DNA from: Pontiella sp.
GTDB taxonomy: Bacteria > Verrucomicrobiota > Kiritimatiellia > Kiritimatiellales > Pontiellaceae
Assembly (NCBI GenBank): GCA_050290185.1
Contig: JBNKHE010000014.1
Coordinates: 1-20,210, forward strand
Direction: 5' to 3'
Length of the DNA stretch: 20,210 nt
The position numbers were made by a program, and so were the translations under genes. Positions within the stretch are counted from its first letter, which is position 1, and the number at the start of each line of letters is the position of its first letter. The notes under the pieces are model-generated. The model made no database searches and was not told the DNA's origin. It saw only the letters and a list, made by a program, of their open reading frames with translations. Of this stretch, positions 1 through 8,245 are shown in pieces.

Positions 1-689
1 AGGTTGCTGGTTTTCTCGCCGGCGAATCCAAAGTCGAGCTGGAGGAGTTGGACGGAGTCGATCTTTTCGACGGAGCATTGGGTTTGATCGTCGAAGTAGC
101 GGATGGAATCGATCTCGTTGCCGAAGAATTCGATGCGGACGGGGCGGGGCGATCCCGGCGGCCAGCAGTCGAGAATGCCGCCGCGCAGGGCGGCTTCGCC
201 CTGGGAGTAGACCTCCACACCGAATTCATAGCCGGCGTCCGACATCCACTCGGTCAGTTCTTCCAAAGGATGGATTTCGTTTACTCGCAACGTACGTACC
301 GCTTCTTCGGATTTTCCTGCTATCGGAACCTCCTGTTCCATGGCGTGGGGGCAGGTGACGATGATGAACGGTTTTTGTTCCGAGAGATGCTGGACGAGCT
401 TCAGGTGCTCGCCGAAAACAGCCGGATCCTTTTCCATGGGTTGGAAGAGCAACAACGTCGCATCTACGTTCCTTGCGAGCGTACGGATCGATTCGTTGAG
501 CCGTTCCATCTCGCGGACATCGCCTGCGATCCAGAGAATATTGCATTCCAGCGTTTGGAAAGCATCGAGGCCGAGCAAGGCCTGCGCGCTGATGGGGGCG
601 TCTGCCACCTGCACCGTTCCGGCTCCAACGCCTTTGAGCACCGCCCCGTCGACCCGGAGGGTGCTGTCTTTTTCATTTTCGCTGGTCAT
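1..689 (-). CDS. mfd: Transcription-repair coupling factor, N-terminal part (continues past the window start)
   Basis: Not in the ORF track. Manual translation from ATG at 689 is open to the edge: MTSENEKDSTLRVDG...GEAALRGGILDCWPPGSPRPVRIEFFGNEIDSIRYFDDQTQCSVEKI. This matches the Mfd UvrB-homology motif (GE.A.RGGILD..P....P.RIEFFG.EI.SIR.FD..TQ.S). Confidence 0.9.
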   Translation of the reverse strand, partial: MTSENEKDSTLRVDGAVLKGVGAGTVQVADAPISAQALLGLDAFQTLECNILWIAGDVREMERLNESIRTLARNVDATLLLFQPMEKDPAVFGEHLKLVQHLSEQKPFIIVTCPHAMEQEVPIAGKSEEAVRTLRVNEIHPLEELTEWMSDAGYEFGVEVYSQGEAALRGGILDCWPPGSPRPVRIEFFGNEIDSIRYFDDQTQCSVEKIDSVQLLQLDFGFAGEKTSN

Positions 690-802
690 GGAAAAAAGGT
701 ACGGAATCGGAGGATTTCTGGCAATGGATTTAACGAGGATGCTGGACTTTGGATACGGCATCGTTAATATTTTGGCCGAGTTGAAAAAGGGATGAACCGG
801 AT

Positions 803-1888
803 ATGTCGAACGAAAAAAATCTGAGTACTATTTCGTGGAAGGAATTCAAGACGCTTCCTTTGAAGGAGAAAGGGGCCTATTTCCAGCTGCATCCCCAGCA
901 CACGCTCATAGCGCAGCAGTTTTCGCGTGCCCAGCTGGAGAAGCTCTGTACGCTGGCCACGCGGATCAAGCGTATCAACAAGCGGCGCGATGGGGCCAAT
1001 TTCCTCAAGACCCTGCTATCCGATAAGCGCGCGATGCTCTACTTCGCTCAACCTTCGTCGCGCACCTATCTCTCGTTCAATGCGGCCTGCCAGATTCTGG
1101 GGCTGGATACGATGGATGTGCGCGATACCAAAACCTCGAGCGAGGTGAAGGGCGAGTCGCCGGAGGACACGTTGCGGACTTTCAGTTCGTATGTGGACAT
1201 GATCATCATGCGTCATCCGGTTGGGGGCTTTGCTGAGCGGGTGGCTTGGATGATGGCTCATACGAATCGGGAACTTCCGGTGTTGAATGCGGGTTCCGGT
1301 GCGGACCAGCACCCGACCCAGGCGTTGCTGGATGTCTATACTCTGGCACGCAGTTTCGAAACGATCGGCGGAATTGATGGAAAGCACGTGGCCTTTGTGG
1401 GCGATCTCCTGCGCGGCCGCACGGTGCGCTCGCTGGCCTGGATGCTTACCCTCTATCAGGATGTAACGCTCTATTTCGTGGCTCCGGAGCAATTACAGAT
1501 TGGTCAGGATGTTCTGGATCTGCTGGATCAGGCCGGTACGAAATATGTGGTTACCCAGGACTTCTCTTCGGTGATGCCGGTTGCTGATGCCATCTACATG
1601 ACCCGCATTCAGGATGAGTGGGATGTCGAAGGCGAAGCAAGCACTACGGACGCGTCGGACTTCCAGCTTGGAGTTGAACACATGGATGTCATTAAGAATA
1701 CCGCCGTGATCATGCATCCGTTGCCGCGCCGGAAGGAGATCAGCACCGATATTGATAATAAACCGCAGGCGGTCTACTGGCGGCAGATGCGAAACGGCAT
1801 GTGGATCCGGGCTGCGCTGATCCTTTCCTCATTCGGAAGGGAAGATGAAGTAAACCAATATTATGATAATTATAAACCCGAGGCGTGA
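803..1888 (+). CDS. pyrB: Aspartate carbamoyltransferase catalytic chain
   Basis: Motifs PSSRT, KGES, MRH, HPTQALLD, GDLLRGRTVRSL, TRIQ and HPLPR. The aspartate-binding R..SL and RxQ motifs distinguish it from an OTCase. Confidence 0.93.
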   Translation: MSNEKNLSTISWKEFKTLPLKEKGAYFQLHPQHTLIAQQFSRAQLEKLCTLATRIKRINKRRDGANFLKTLLSDKRAMLYFAQPSSRTYLSFNAACQILGLDTMDVRDTKTSSEVKGESPEDTLRTFSSYVDMIIMRHPVGGFAERVAWMMAHTNRELPVLNAGSGADQHPTQALLDVYTLARSFETIGGIDGKHVAFVGDLLRGRTVRSLAWMLTLYQDVTLYFVAPEQLQIGQDVLDLLDQAGTKYVVTQDFSSVMPVADAIYMTRIQDEWDVEGEASTTDASDFQLGVEHMDVIKNTAVIMHPLPRRKEISTDIDNKPQAVYWRQMRNGMWIRAALILSSFGREDEVNQYYDNYKPEA

Positions 1889-1957
1889 ACCGTGAAACGT
1901 GAGGCGTGATAAATCATTCACGTCTCAATCGTCACTCATCATGACTCCCGTATCACG
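1884..1957. repeat. 7-bp-period inverted repeat element
   Basis: CGTGAAC CGTGAAA CGTGAGG CGTGATA (1884-1911), a 6-nt spacer, then the degenerate complement in 7-nt phase TCACGTC TCAATCG TCACTCA TCATGAC TCCCGTA TCACG (1918-1957). Confidence 0.75.
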
Positions 1958-1967
1958 AGGAAACATT

Positions 1968-2900
1968 ATGGAACATTTGATTTCACTCAAGGAATGGAGC
2001 CCGGAGAAAATCCGGCAGGTGCTGGATCTGGCCAGGGATGTTAAGGCCAACCCTTCCAAATATCATAACGCGATGGCGTACAAGACACTGCTGATGATTT
2101 TCGAGAAACCAAGCCTGCGCACGCGCCTTTCGTTCGAGGCGGGAATGACCCAGATGGGCGGCCACGCCATCTACTACCACACCGGAAACTCCCCGATGGG
2201 CAGCGGCAAGGAAAGCATCAGCGACTCGGTCAAAACGGCCTCGCGGTTTGTCGACGTGATCATGGCGCGCCTCTTCAAGCACACCGATCTGCTGGAAATG
2301 GCAGACTATGCCACGGTGCCGGTCATCAATGCATTGACCGACGACAGCCATCCCTGCCAGATTCTTGCCGACCTGCAGGCGATCGAGGAAAAGAAAGGAA
2401 AGCTGGCCGGGCTGAAGCTCGCCTACCTGGGCGACGGCTTCAACAACGTTACGCACTCACTGATGTTCGGGGGTACAAAAATGGGGATGCATGTCAGTGT
2501 GGGATCGCCTGCGGGCGAAGACTATTCTCCGCGAGCCGATGTGGTGGCCGACTGCGAAAGATTTGCCGCCGGATCCGGTGGTTCCGTGTTTGTGACGGAC
2601 GATCCGGTCGAGGCCATCAAAGACGCGGACGTCGTCTATACCGACTCTTGGATGAGCTATCATATTCCAAAGGATCAGGAAGAGGCGCGCATTGCCAAAT
2701 TCATGCCGTATCAGGTGAACAGCGAGTTGATGTCGCACGCCAGTCCGGATGCCGTATTCATGAACTGTCTTCCGGCCATCCGTGGGTGTGAGCAGACGGC
2801 CGAAGTGATTGATGGCCCCCAGTCGATTGTCTTTGATGAAGCGGAAAACCGGTTGCACGCCCAGAAGGCGGTCATCCTGACGCTTTGCAACGCGGTCTGA
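1968..2900 (+). CDS. argF: Ornithine carbamoyltransferase
   Basis: Motifs FEKPSLRT, HPCQILAD, GDGFNNV, DVVYTD, CLPA and ENRLH. Start moved to ATG 1968 (MEHLISL), which follows GAGGA; the longer track start reads through the heptamer repeat. Confidence 0.9.
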   Translation: MEHLISLKEWSPEKIRQVLDLARDVKANPSKYHNAMAYKTLLMIFEKPSLRTRLSFEAGMTQMGGHAIYYHTGNSPMGSGKESISDSVKTASRFVDVIMARLFKHTDLLEMADYATVPVINALTDDSHPCQILADLQAIEEKKGKLAGLKLAYLGDGFNNVTHSLMFGGTKMGMHVSVGSPAGEDYSPRADVVADCERFAAGSGGSVFVTDDPVEAIKDADVVYTDSWMSYHIPKDQEEARIAKFMPYQVNSELMSHASPDAVFMNCLPAIRGCEQTAEVIDGPQSIVFDEAENRLHAQKAVILTLCNAV

Positions 2901-2942
2901 GCGGGCCCTGCCTGTTCCGGGTTTCAGCGGGAATAAACCATC

Positions 2943-3584
2943 ATGAAACTTACGGACTTCGACGCATTCATCTTTGATTTGGACGGTACGCTGATCGATT
3001 CCGAGCGGTATCATGCGCAGGCCTTCGCCGATGCGGTTTTAGCTCAAAGCGGATATCGAATCTCCCCGGACGAACATCTTGAGTTCTTTGGAAAGCACAG
3101 TGCCTGGTTTGCTGCAGAGTTGAATGACCGTCATGGCCTTACGCTTGTGCCTGAACTGGTGGTGGAAAAGAAACGGGAACGGGTCCACGAAATCTTCGAG
3201 GCCCGGCCGTTTGCCGGTGCTTGTGAATTCCTGGACCACTGGTTAGGGAAAAAGCCCATGGCATTGGCGACCAACTCTCCGAGGGACTTTGTCTTACCTG
3301 CTCTCGAAAAGGCGGATCTGCTGAAATATTTTGACCACGTAACGACGTCCGACGATGTACTTTGCCGCAAGCCGCATCCGGAAATTGTCGAGCTAACAGC
3401 GCAGCAGCTTGGCGTCGATCCGTTACAAACACTGGTGTTCGAAGACCAACTGATCGGGGTACAGGCCGCCCGTGCGGCCGGCGCCTGTGTGGTTGCCGTG
3501 GATAACGGTCAGTCGGTCGATTTTCCCGCAGACCTCGAGCTCCATACCTGGCGGGAATTGATTGGCTTTTCTCAGGAGAATTAA
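2943..3584 (+). CDS. HAD-superfamily phosphatase (beta-PGM/YqaB-like, C1 cap)
   Basis: FDLDGTLIDSE (motif I), ATNS (II), KPHPE (III), VFED...G (IV). Confidence 0.85.
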   Translation: MKLTDFDAFIFDLDGTLIDSERYHAQAFADAVLAQSGYRISPDEHLEFFGKHSAWFAAELNDRHGLTLVPELVVEKKRERVHEIFEARPFAGACEFLDHWLGKKPMALATNSPRDFVLPALEKADLLKYFDHVTTSDDVLCRKPHPEIVELTAQQLGVDPLQTLVFEDQLIGVQAARAAGACVVAVDNGQSVDFPADLELHTWRELIGFSQEN

Positions 3585-4225
3585 TGGATTCGCAACTTCT
3601 TATTTTTGATTTGGACGGAACGTTAATAGATTCGCGCGCGGATCTGGCGGCTGGCATTAACCATATGCGCGCCCAGTACGGCCTTGAACCGCTTCCCCTT
3701 GAAACGGTGGTCGGCTATATCGGGAACGGCGTACGCCGCCTGGTCGAAGGATCTCTGCAGGGAGCCGATGTGGATGTCGACGAAGCTTTGCGCATCAACA
3801 AGGAATATTATTATTCGCACCTGACGGTTCACACCACGCTGTACGATGGCGTGGTTGATGGAATAGGCCGGCTTGCGAAGGCCGGCCATACGCTGGCTGT
3901 TTTGACCAACAAGCCCGGAAATCCAAGCCGGGCCATTCTGCAGCACTTCGGAATTTCCGACCGGTTCGCGGCCATCATTGGCGGCGGGGATATTGATGCG
4001 CTTAAGCCTGATCCCGGGGGGGTGTTCAGATGCAGCGAGCTGGCCGGGCTGGATCTGTCTGCGGCCTGGATGATCGGCGACCACTATACCGATCTGGCCG
4101 TAGCGGCCAATGCTGGAATCAGAAGTGCGTTTGTCCGGTATGGATTCGGCGAGGAGCGGGAATACAAACCCGATGTATATTTTGCTTCGTTTTCGGAACT
4201 GGTCGGGTACTTTTCAAAGCCATGA
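3584..4225 (+). CDS. HAD-superfamily phosphatase, phosphoglycolate phosphatase-like
   Basis: FDLDGTLIDS, IGNG, LTNKP, KPDP and IGDHYTD. TAATG overlap with the upstream gene and ATGA overlap with queE. Confidence 0.85.
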   Translation: MDSQLLIFDLDGTLIDSRADLAAGINHMRAQYGLEPLPLETVVGYIGNGVRRLVEGSLQGADVDVDEALRINKEYYYSHLTVHTTLYDGVVDGIGRLAKAGHTLAVLTNKPGNPSRAILQHFGISDRFAAIIGGGDIDALKPDPGGVFRCSELAGLDLSAAWMIGDHYTDLAVAANAGIRSAFVRYGFGEEREYKPDVYFASFSELVGYFSKP

Positions 4226-4971
4226 AGACATATCTTTCCGAAATTTTCAGCTCGGTTCAGGGCGAAGGGCCCTATGTAGGCGAGCGCCATCTATTCGTCC
4301 GTTTTTGCGGTTGCCACCGTGAATGCATTTTTTGCGATACAAATACGGAGAGGACGGAATCCGTTCTGGTTGAAACAGATCCCGGTTCCGGAACCTTCGA
4401 GCAGGTATCCAATCCGCTTGATGTGGAGCAGGTGGTGGAGCTTATCCGCAAGGTGGACCGCAAGAAAACAAACCGCCGGATCTCGTTCACGGGCGGTGCG
4501 CCGCTATTGCAGGCCCACTTTCTCCGCGAATTGCTCCCGCATCTGTGTGCGGATGACTACAGTATCTATCTCGAAACCGCCGGTGACCTCCCGCAGCAGC
4601 TCAAGTCGATCATCGAGTGGATCGATATCGTGGCCATGGACGTCAAGCTCTCCAGTGTCACCAAGGAAGCGAGTACTTTTCCGGCCCATTGGCAGTTTCT
4701 GAAAACCTGCCGCGATTTCGATGTCGAGGTGTTCGTGAAGATGGTGCTGTCGGCGGAAACGCATGATGGTGAATTGATCGAGGCGGCCAAGGGAATCAAA
4801 AAAGCCGGAGGTGAGCATACCCTGGTGGTAATTCAGCCGATGACCAAGGCCGAGAAAACCGATGCGGTGCCCACCGGGGAGCAAGTACTCCGCTGGCAGG
4901 AGAAGCTATTGGGCATCCTTCCCAATGTGCGTGTGATTCCGCAAACCCACAAGATGCTGGAAGTGCTGTAA
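4222..4971 (+). CDS. queE: 7-carboxy-7-deazaguanine synthase (radical SAM)
   Basis: EIFSSVQGEG, FVRFCGC, CxxxCxxC (CHRECIFC)DT, YLET, C-terminal RVIPQTHK. Start at ATG 4222 (MKTYLSEIF); adjacent to queC and queD. Confidence 0.92.
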   Translation: MKTYLSEIFSSVQGEGPYVGERHLFVRFCGCHRECIFCDTNTERTESVLVETDPGSGTFEQVSNPLDVEQVVELIRKVDRKKTNRRISFTGGAPLLQAHFLRELLPHLCADDYSIYLETAGDLPQQLKSIIEWIDIVAMDVKLSSVTKEASTFPAHWQFLKTCRDFDVEVFVKMVLSAETHDGELIEAAKGIKKAGGEHTLVVIQPMTKAEKTDAVPTGEQVLRWQEKLLGILPNVRVIPQTHKMLEVL

Positions 4972-4972
4972 C

Positions 4973-5049
4973 GCAGACAAGGCGTCCAGCCTCGTTGTGC
5001 ATGAATGGTGCGGTGGATCTGCCGCAACGAGGCAGGAAGCCTCGGCTAC
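4973..5049. repeat. REP-doublet (REPIN-like) inverted repeat
   Basis: Left arm GCAGACAAGGCGTCCAGCCTCGTT (4973-4996) matches the reverse complement of the right arm, GTAGCCGAGGCTTCCTGCCTCGTT (5026-5049), at 19/24. Each arm has an internal AGGC..GCCT palindrome and one arm has a GTAG end. Confidence 0.7.
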
Positions 5050-5055
5050 ATTGGA

Positions 5056-5757
5056 ATGATGGAAATGCAGAATGATATCAAAAAAGCGGTGGTTTTGCTG
5101 AGCGGCGGCCTGGATTCCGCTACGGCCATGGCGATTGCCCGCGACGCAGGATTCGATATCTATGCCATGTCCTTTTGCTACGGTCAGCGACATGCCATCG
5201 AACTGGATTGCGCCGCTGAACAGGCGGAAGCGGCCCGGGAACATCGCGTCGTGGAAATCGATCTGAGAGCTTTCGGTGGCTCCGCACTAACAGCCGATAT
5301 CGACGTGCCCAAGCATGACGCCGTAGACGAACTGACCGAAGATATTCCCGTGACGTATGTGCCGGCCCGCAATACGGTTTTTCTCTCCTATGCGCTGGCC
5401 TGGGCCGAGGTACTCGGAGCCGACGACATTTTCATCGGGGTAAACGCCCTCGACTACAGCGGCTATCCCGATTGTCGCCCGGAATTCATTGCCGCCTTTG
5501 AAAAGATGGCGAATCTGGCCACCGTGGCCGGCGTCAAAGGCCGGCAACTGACCATCCATACGCCGTTGATCGATTTGACCAAGGCTGAAATTATTCAACT
5601 CGGACTGGACTTGGGCGTTGATTACGCTAAAACCACGAGTTGCTACGATCCCGCTCCCGATGGCCGCGCCTGCGGGCGCTGCGATTCCTGTCTGCTTCGG
5701 AAGAAGGGATTCAAGGATGCGGGCACAAAAGATCCACGCGCATACGTTGAGGAATAG
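5056..5757 (+). CDS. queC: 7-cyano-7-deazaguanine synthase
   Basis: SGGLDS, YGQRH, TYVPARN, YPDCR and the Zn ligands SCY...CGRCDSC. Start is probably 5056, 5059 or 5065, not 5005, which lies inside the repeat. Confidence 0.96.
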   Translation: MMEMQNDIKKAVVLLSGGLDSATAMAIARDAGFDIYAMSFCYGQRHAIELDCAAEQAEAAREHRVVEIDLRAFGGSALTADIDVPKHDAVDELTEDIPVTYVPARNTVFLSYALAWAEVLGADDIFIGVNALDYSGYPDCRPEFIAAFEKMANLATVAGVKGRQLTIHTPLIDLTKAEIIQLGLDLGVDYAKTTSCYDPAPDGRACGRCDSCLLRKKGFKDAGTKDPRAYVEE

Positions 5758-5760
5758 ACC

Positions 5761-6126
5761 ATGCCGAAAATGAGAATCTACAAGGAATTCAAGTTTGACT
5801 CAGCGCATTGGCTGCCCAATGTGCCGCCGACGCACAAGTGCGCGAATATGCACGGTCATACGTATTACATCGAAATCCATGTGGAGGACGAGCTGGATCC
5901 CCGGCTGGGATGGGTGCTTGACTACAACGATCTTCGCAAAGTCGTAGAGCCGCTGGTCGACCAGCTCGACCACAAGGTGCTCAACGAAATCCCCGGACTG
6001 GAAAATCCGACGGCGGAATTCATCGCCCTCTGGTTCTGGAACCAGATCAAGCCTGAGTTGTCGCAGTTATGCCAGGTGGTGGTGAAGGAAAATCCCTCCA
6101 ACGTCTGCATCTATTCCGGCGAATAA
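5761..6126 (+). CDS. queD: 6-carboxy-5,6,7,8-tetrahydropterin synthase
   Basis: FDSAH, CANMHGHTY, LDH..LN and NPTAE; directly after queC. Confidence 0.94.
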   Translation: MPKMRIYKEFKFDSAHWLPNVPPTHKCANMHGHTYYIEIHVEDELDPRLGWVLDYNDLRKVVEPLVDQLDHKVLNEIPGLENPTAEFIALWFWNQIKPELSQLCQVVVKENPSNVCIYSGE

Positions 6127-6129
6127 AAA

Positions 6130-6187
6130 ACACAAAGGCACAAAGTCCACAAAGCTTCTTTTCTTCGGGCCCTTTGTGCCTTCGTGT
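6130..6187. repeat. CACAAAG-based inverted repeat between convergent queD and queF; possible bidirectional terminator
   Basis: ACACAAAGGCACAAAG (6130-6145) matches the reverse complement of CTTTGTGCCTTCGTGT (6172-6187) at 15/16. A third CACAAAG unit lies at 6148-6154. Confidence 0.75.
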
Positions 6188-6192
6188 GGAAT

Positions 6193-6609
6193 TTAGGCCT
6201 CGGACGAATCGATCTTCACGCTCGAAGTAATGCCGCCGCGCGCGGTAAAGTCGCCGTTCACCACCAGCCGTCTGGGCTTAAGCTGATCAAACAGGTCGGT
6301 GTAGATGCGGTTGACGATTTCCTCGTAGAACGTACCCGTCTGGCGGAACGAGAAAAGGTAGAGTTTCAGCGACTTGCTCTCCACGCACAGCTTTTCCGGA
6401 ATGTATTCGATCGTGATCGTGGCAAAGTCGGGCTGGCCGGTGATGGGGCAGAGCGAGGTGAATTCCGAGGTCTGGAATTGGATCCAGTAGTTGCGCTGCT
6501 GGTTGGCGTTTTCGAAGGTTTCAAGCTGCGCTTCATCGGGCGAGGTGGGATAGCGCGTTTCGCCCTTCTTCAGCAGGGTTAAATTGGAAAGTTTGGTTTC
6601 ATCGGTCAT
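6193..6609 (-). CDS. queF: NADPH-dependent preQ0 reductase (unimodular type)
   Basis: EFTSLCPITGQPDF (catalytic Cys/Asp), QueF motif VESKSLKLYL, and FTARGGI. Confidence 0.95.
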   Translation of the reverse strand: MTDETKLSNLTLLKKGETRYPTSPDEAQLETFENANQQRNYWIQFQTSEFTSLCPITGQPDFATITIEYIPEKLCVESKSLKLYLFSFRQTGTFYEEIVNRIYTDLFDQLKPRRLVVNGDFTARGGITSSVKIDSSEA

Positions 6610-6619
6610 GGTCGGTTCC

Positions 6620-7435
6620 TTATTTGATCTGATCGATCGCTACGAGTTTTTTCCACAGCTTTCCCATTTCCTGCAACGGGATCATGTTGGGGCCGTCCGA
6701 CAGGGCGTTGGCCGGGTCGGGATGGGTTTCGATAAACAAGCCGTCAACACCGACGGCGGTTGCCGCTTTGGCCAGATAGGGGGCGAAGCGGCCATCGCCG
6801 CCGGACGAGTCGCCCTGTCCGCCGGGGGACTGAACGGAATGCGTCGCATCGAAAATAACCGGATAGCCCATTTCGCGCATGATGATCAGACTGCGCATGT
6901 CGGCCACGAGCGTGTTGTAGCCGAAGGATGCTCCGCGCTCGGTGAGCAGAATCTTATTGTTGCCGGTCGATTCGAGCTTTTTCACCACGTTAACCATGTC
7001 CCACGGGGCAGCAAACTGCGCCTTCTTCACGTTAACGACCGCTCCGCTTTCGCCGGCGGCTACGACAAAATCGGTCTGCCGGATCATGAAGGCGGGCAAC
7101 TGGATAATGTCCACGACCTTGGAGGCAATATGGATTTCTTCGACACTGTGGACATCGGTCAAAACGGGAACGTTATACTTTTCCTTGATCTCTGCCAGGA
7201 TTTCCAGGCCCTTGGAAATACCCGGTCCGCGGTAGGCGTTGATGGAAGTCCGGTTGGCCTTGTCATACGATGCCTTGAAAACGAAGGGGATATCCTGCTT
7301 TTTCGCCAGCTTGACCAACTTGTCGGCGATCGCCATGCAGCCTTCGCGGCTTTCGATGACGCAGGGGCCTGCGATCAGGGCCAGCGGATGCTTTCCGCCG
7401 AATTTTACACCTTTTACATTAACTGTTTTTGTCAT
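6620..7435 (-). CDS. kdsA: KDO 8-phosphate synthase (probably the metal-dependent class)
   Basis: IAGPCVIES, KASYDKANRTS, KKAQF, ERG..FGY, DATHSVQ and SDG. Start at ATG 7435 after AGGAAC. The Cys in GPC suggests the metal-dependent class. Confidence 0.96.
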   Translation of the reverse strand: MTKTVNVKGVKFGGKHPLALIAGPCVIESREGCMAIADKLVKLAKKQDIPFVFKASYDKANRTSINAYRGPGISKGLEILAEIKEKYNVPVLTDVHSVEEIHIASKVVDIIQLPAFMIRQTDFVVAAGESGAVVNVKKAQFAAPWDMVNVVKKLESTGNNKILLTERGASFGYNTLVADMRSLIIMREMGYPVIFDATHSVQSPGGQGDSSGGDGRFAPYLAKAATAVGVDGLFIETHPDPANALSDGPNMIPLQEMGKLWKKLVAIDQIK

Positions 7436-7460
7436 GAAATGTTCCTGTTTTATTGGCCTG

Positions 7461-7484
7461 CAGATTACACAGATTGATGGGATT
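7461..7484. repeat. Short 9-bp-period repeat (unpaired)
   Basis: CAGATTACA CAGATTGAT GGGATT, with GATT at 7463, 7472 and 7481. Confidence 0.5.
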
Positions 7485-7485
7485 G

Positions 7486-8235
7486 TTAACTTAATTGTTC
7501 CAGCAATGCTTCGGCCTTGGCGACGTCTGAGGGGGTGTCGACGCCGATGCCGAAATCTTCCGTTTTGATGACCTTCATCCGGCACCCCATATCGAGCGCG
7601 CGCAACTGTTCAAGCTTTTCGAGGTTTTCCAGGTCGCAGGGCGGCTCGGCAACCAGTTTCAGCAGATAATCGCGGCGGTAGGCGTAGATGCCGATATGCC
7701 GCCAGTAGACTCCCGTCTTGGAAATTCCCTCCGGCTCGCGGATGTGCGGAATAGTGGAGCGCGAGAAATAGAGGGCCTGGCCGTGCCGGTTGAACAGCGC
7801 CTTTACCACGGATGGATCGTTGATCTGGGTTTCGTCCTGAATCGGGGTGGCCGCGGTGGCCATATCCCACCCACCGGAAGCGATGACGCCGGCCAGCTCG
7901 TCGATCAGGGCGGGGTCGATCAGCGGTTCGTCGCCCTGCACATTGATGACGGCATCGATCTCGAGATCCTGAACCGCTTCGGCAATACGGTCGGTACCGG
8001 ATGGATGGTCGGGGCGGGTCATGGAGACTTCAACTCCTGCGATTCCAAGACCCGTAACGCAATCCGCGATTCGCTGATCGTCGGTCGCCACAATTACGGC
8101 ATCCAGTTTTTTAGCCTGCTTTACCCGTTCGACGACCCATTGAACCATGGGTTTGCCAGCAATCATCGCAAGACTCTTGCCGGGAAAACGGGTAGACCCC
8201 CAACGGGACGGGATTACGCCCACTATGCTACTCAT
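7486..8235 (-). CDS. kdsB: CMP-KDO synthetase (3-deoxy-manno-octulosonate cytidylyltransferase)
   Basis: IPSRWGSTRFPGK, SGTDR, NVQGDEP, ALYFSR, HIGIYAY, EKLEQLR and VDT. Start at ATG 8235 after GGAG. Confidence 0.96.
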   Translation of the reverse strand: MSSIVGVIPSRWGSTRFPGKSLAMIAGKPMVQWVVERVKQAKKLDAVIVATDDQRIADCVTGLGIAGVEVSMTRPDHPSGTDRIAEAVQDLEIDAVINVQGDEPLIDPALIDELAGVIASGGWDMATAATPIQDETQINDPSVVKALFNRHGQALYFSRSTIPHIREPEGISKTGVYWRHIGIYAYRRDYLLKLVAEPPCDLENLEKLEQLRALDMGCRMKVIKTEDFGIGVDTPSDVAKAEALLEQLS

Positions 8236-8245
8236 CTGCTCTCCA

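Noticed and set aside
48..767. 239-aa plus-strand ORF, and 340..795
   Set aside because: Antisense shadows of mfd, which has recognisable motifs on the minus strand.
2943..4225. Recent tandem duplication of the two HAD genes
   Set aside because: Similarity is largely confined to the FDLDGTLIDS motif; cap regions and motif IV indicate different subfamilies.
4972..5055. preQ1 riboswitch before queC or other que genes
   Set aside because: I saw no preQ1-I pattern (short stem, GUUC-type loop, A-rich tail). The segment is better explained as a REP doublet. An Rfam scan would be decisive.
4222..6609. 7-deazaguanine DNA-modification (dpd) island
   Set aside because: No dpdA/tgtA5 or dpdB-K-like gene is present, and queG points to the tRNA queuosine route.
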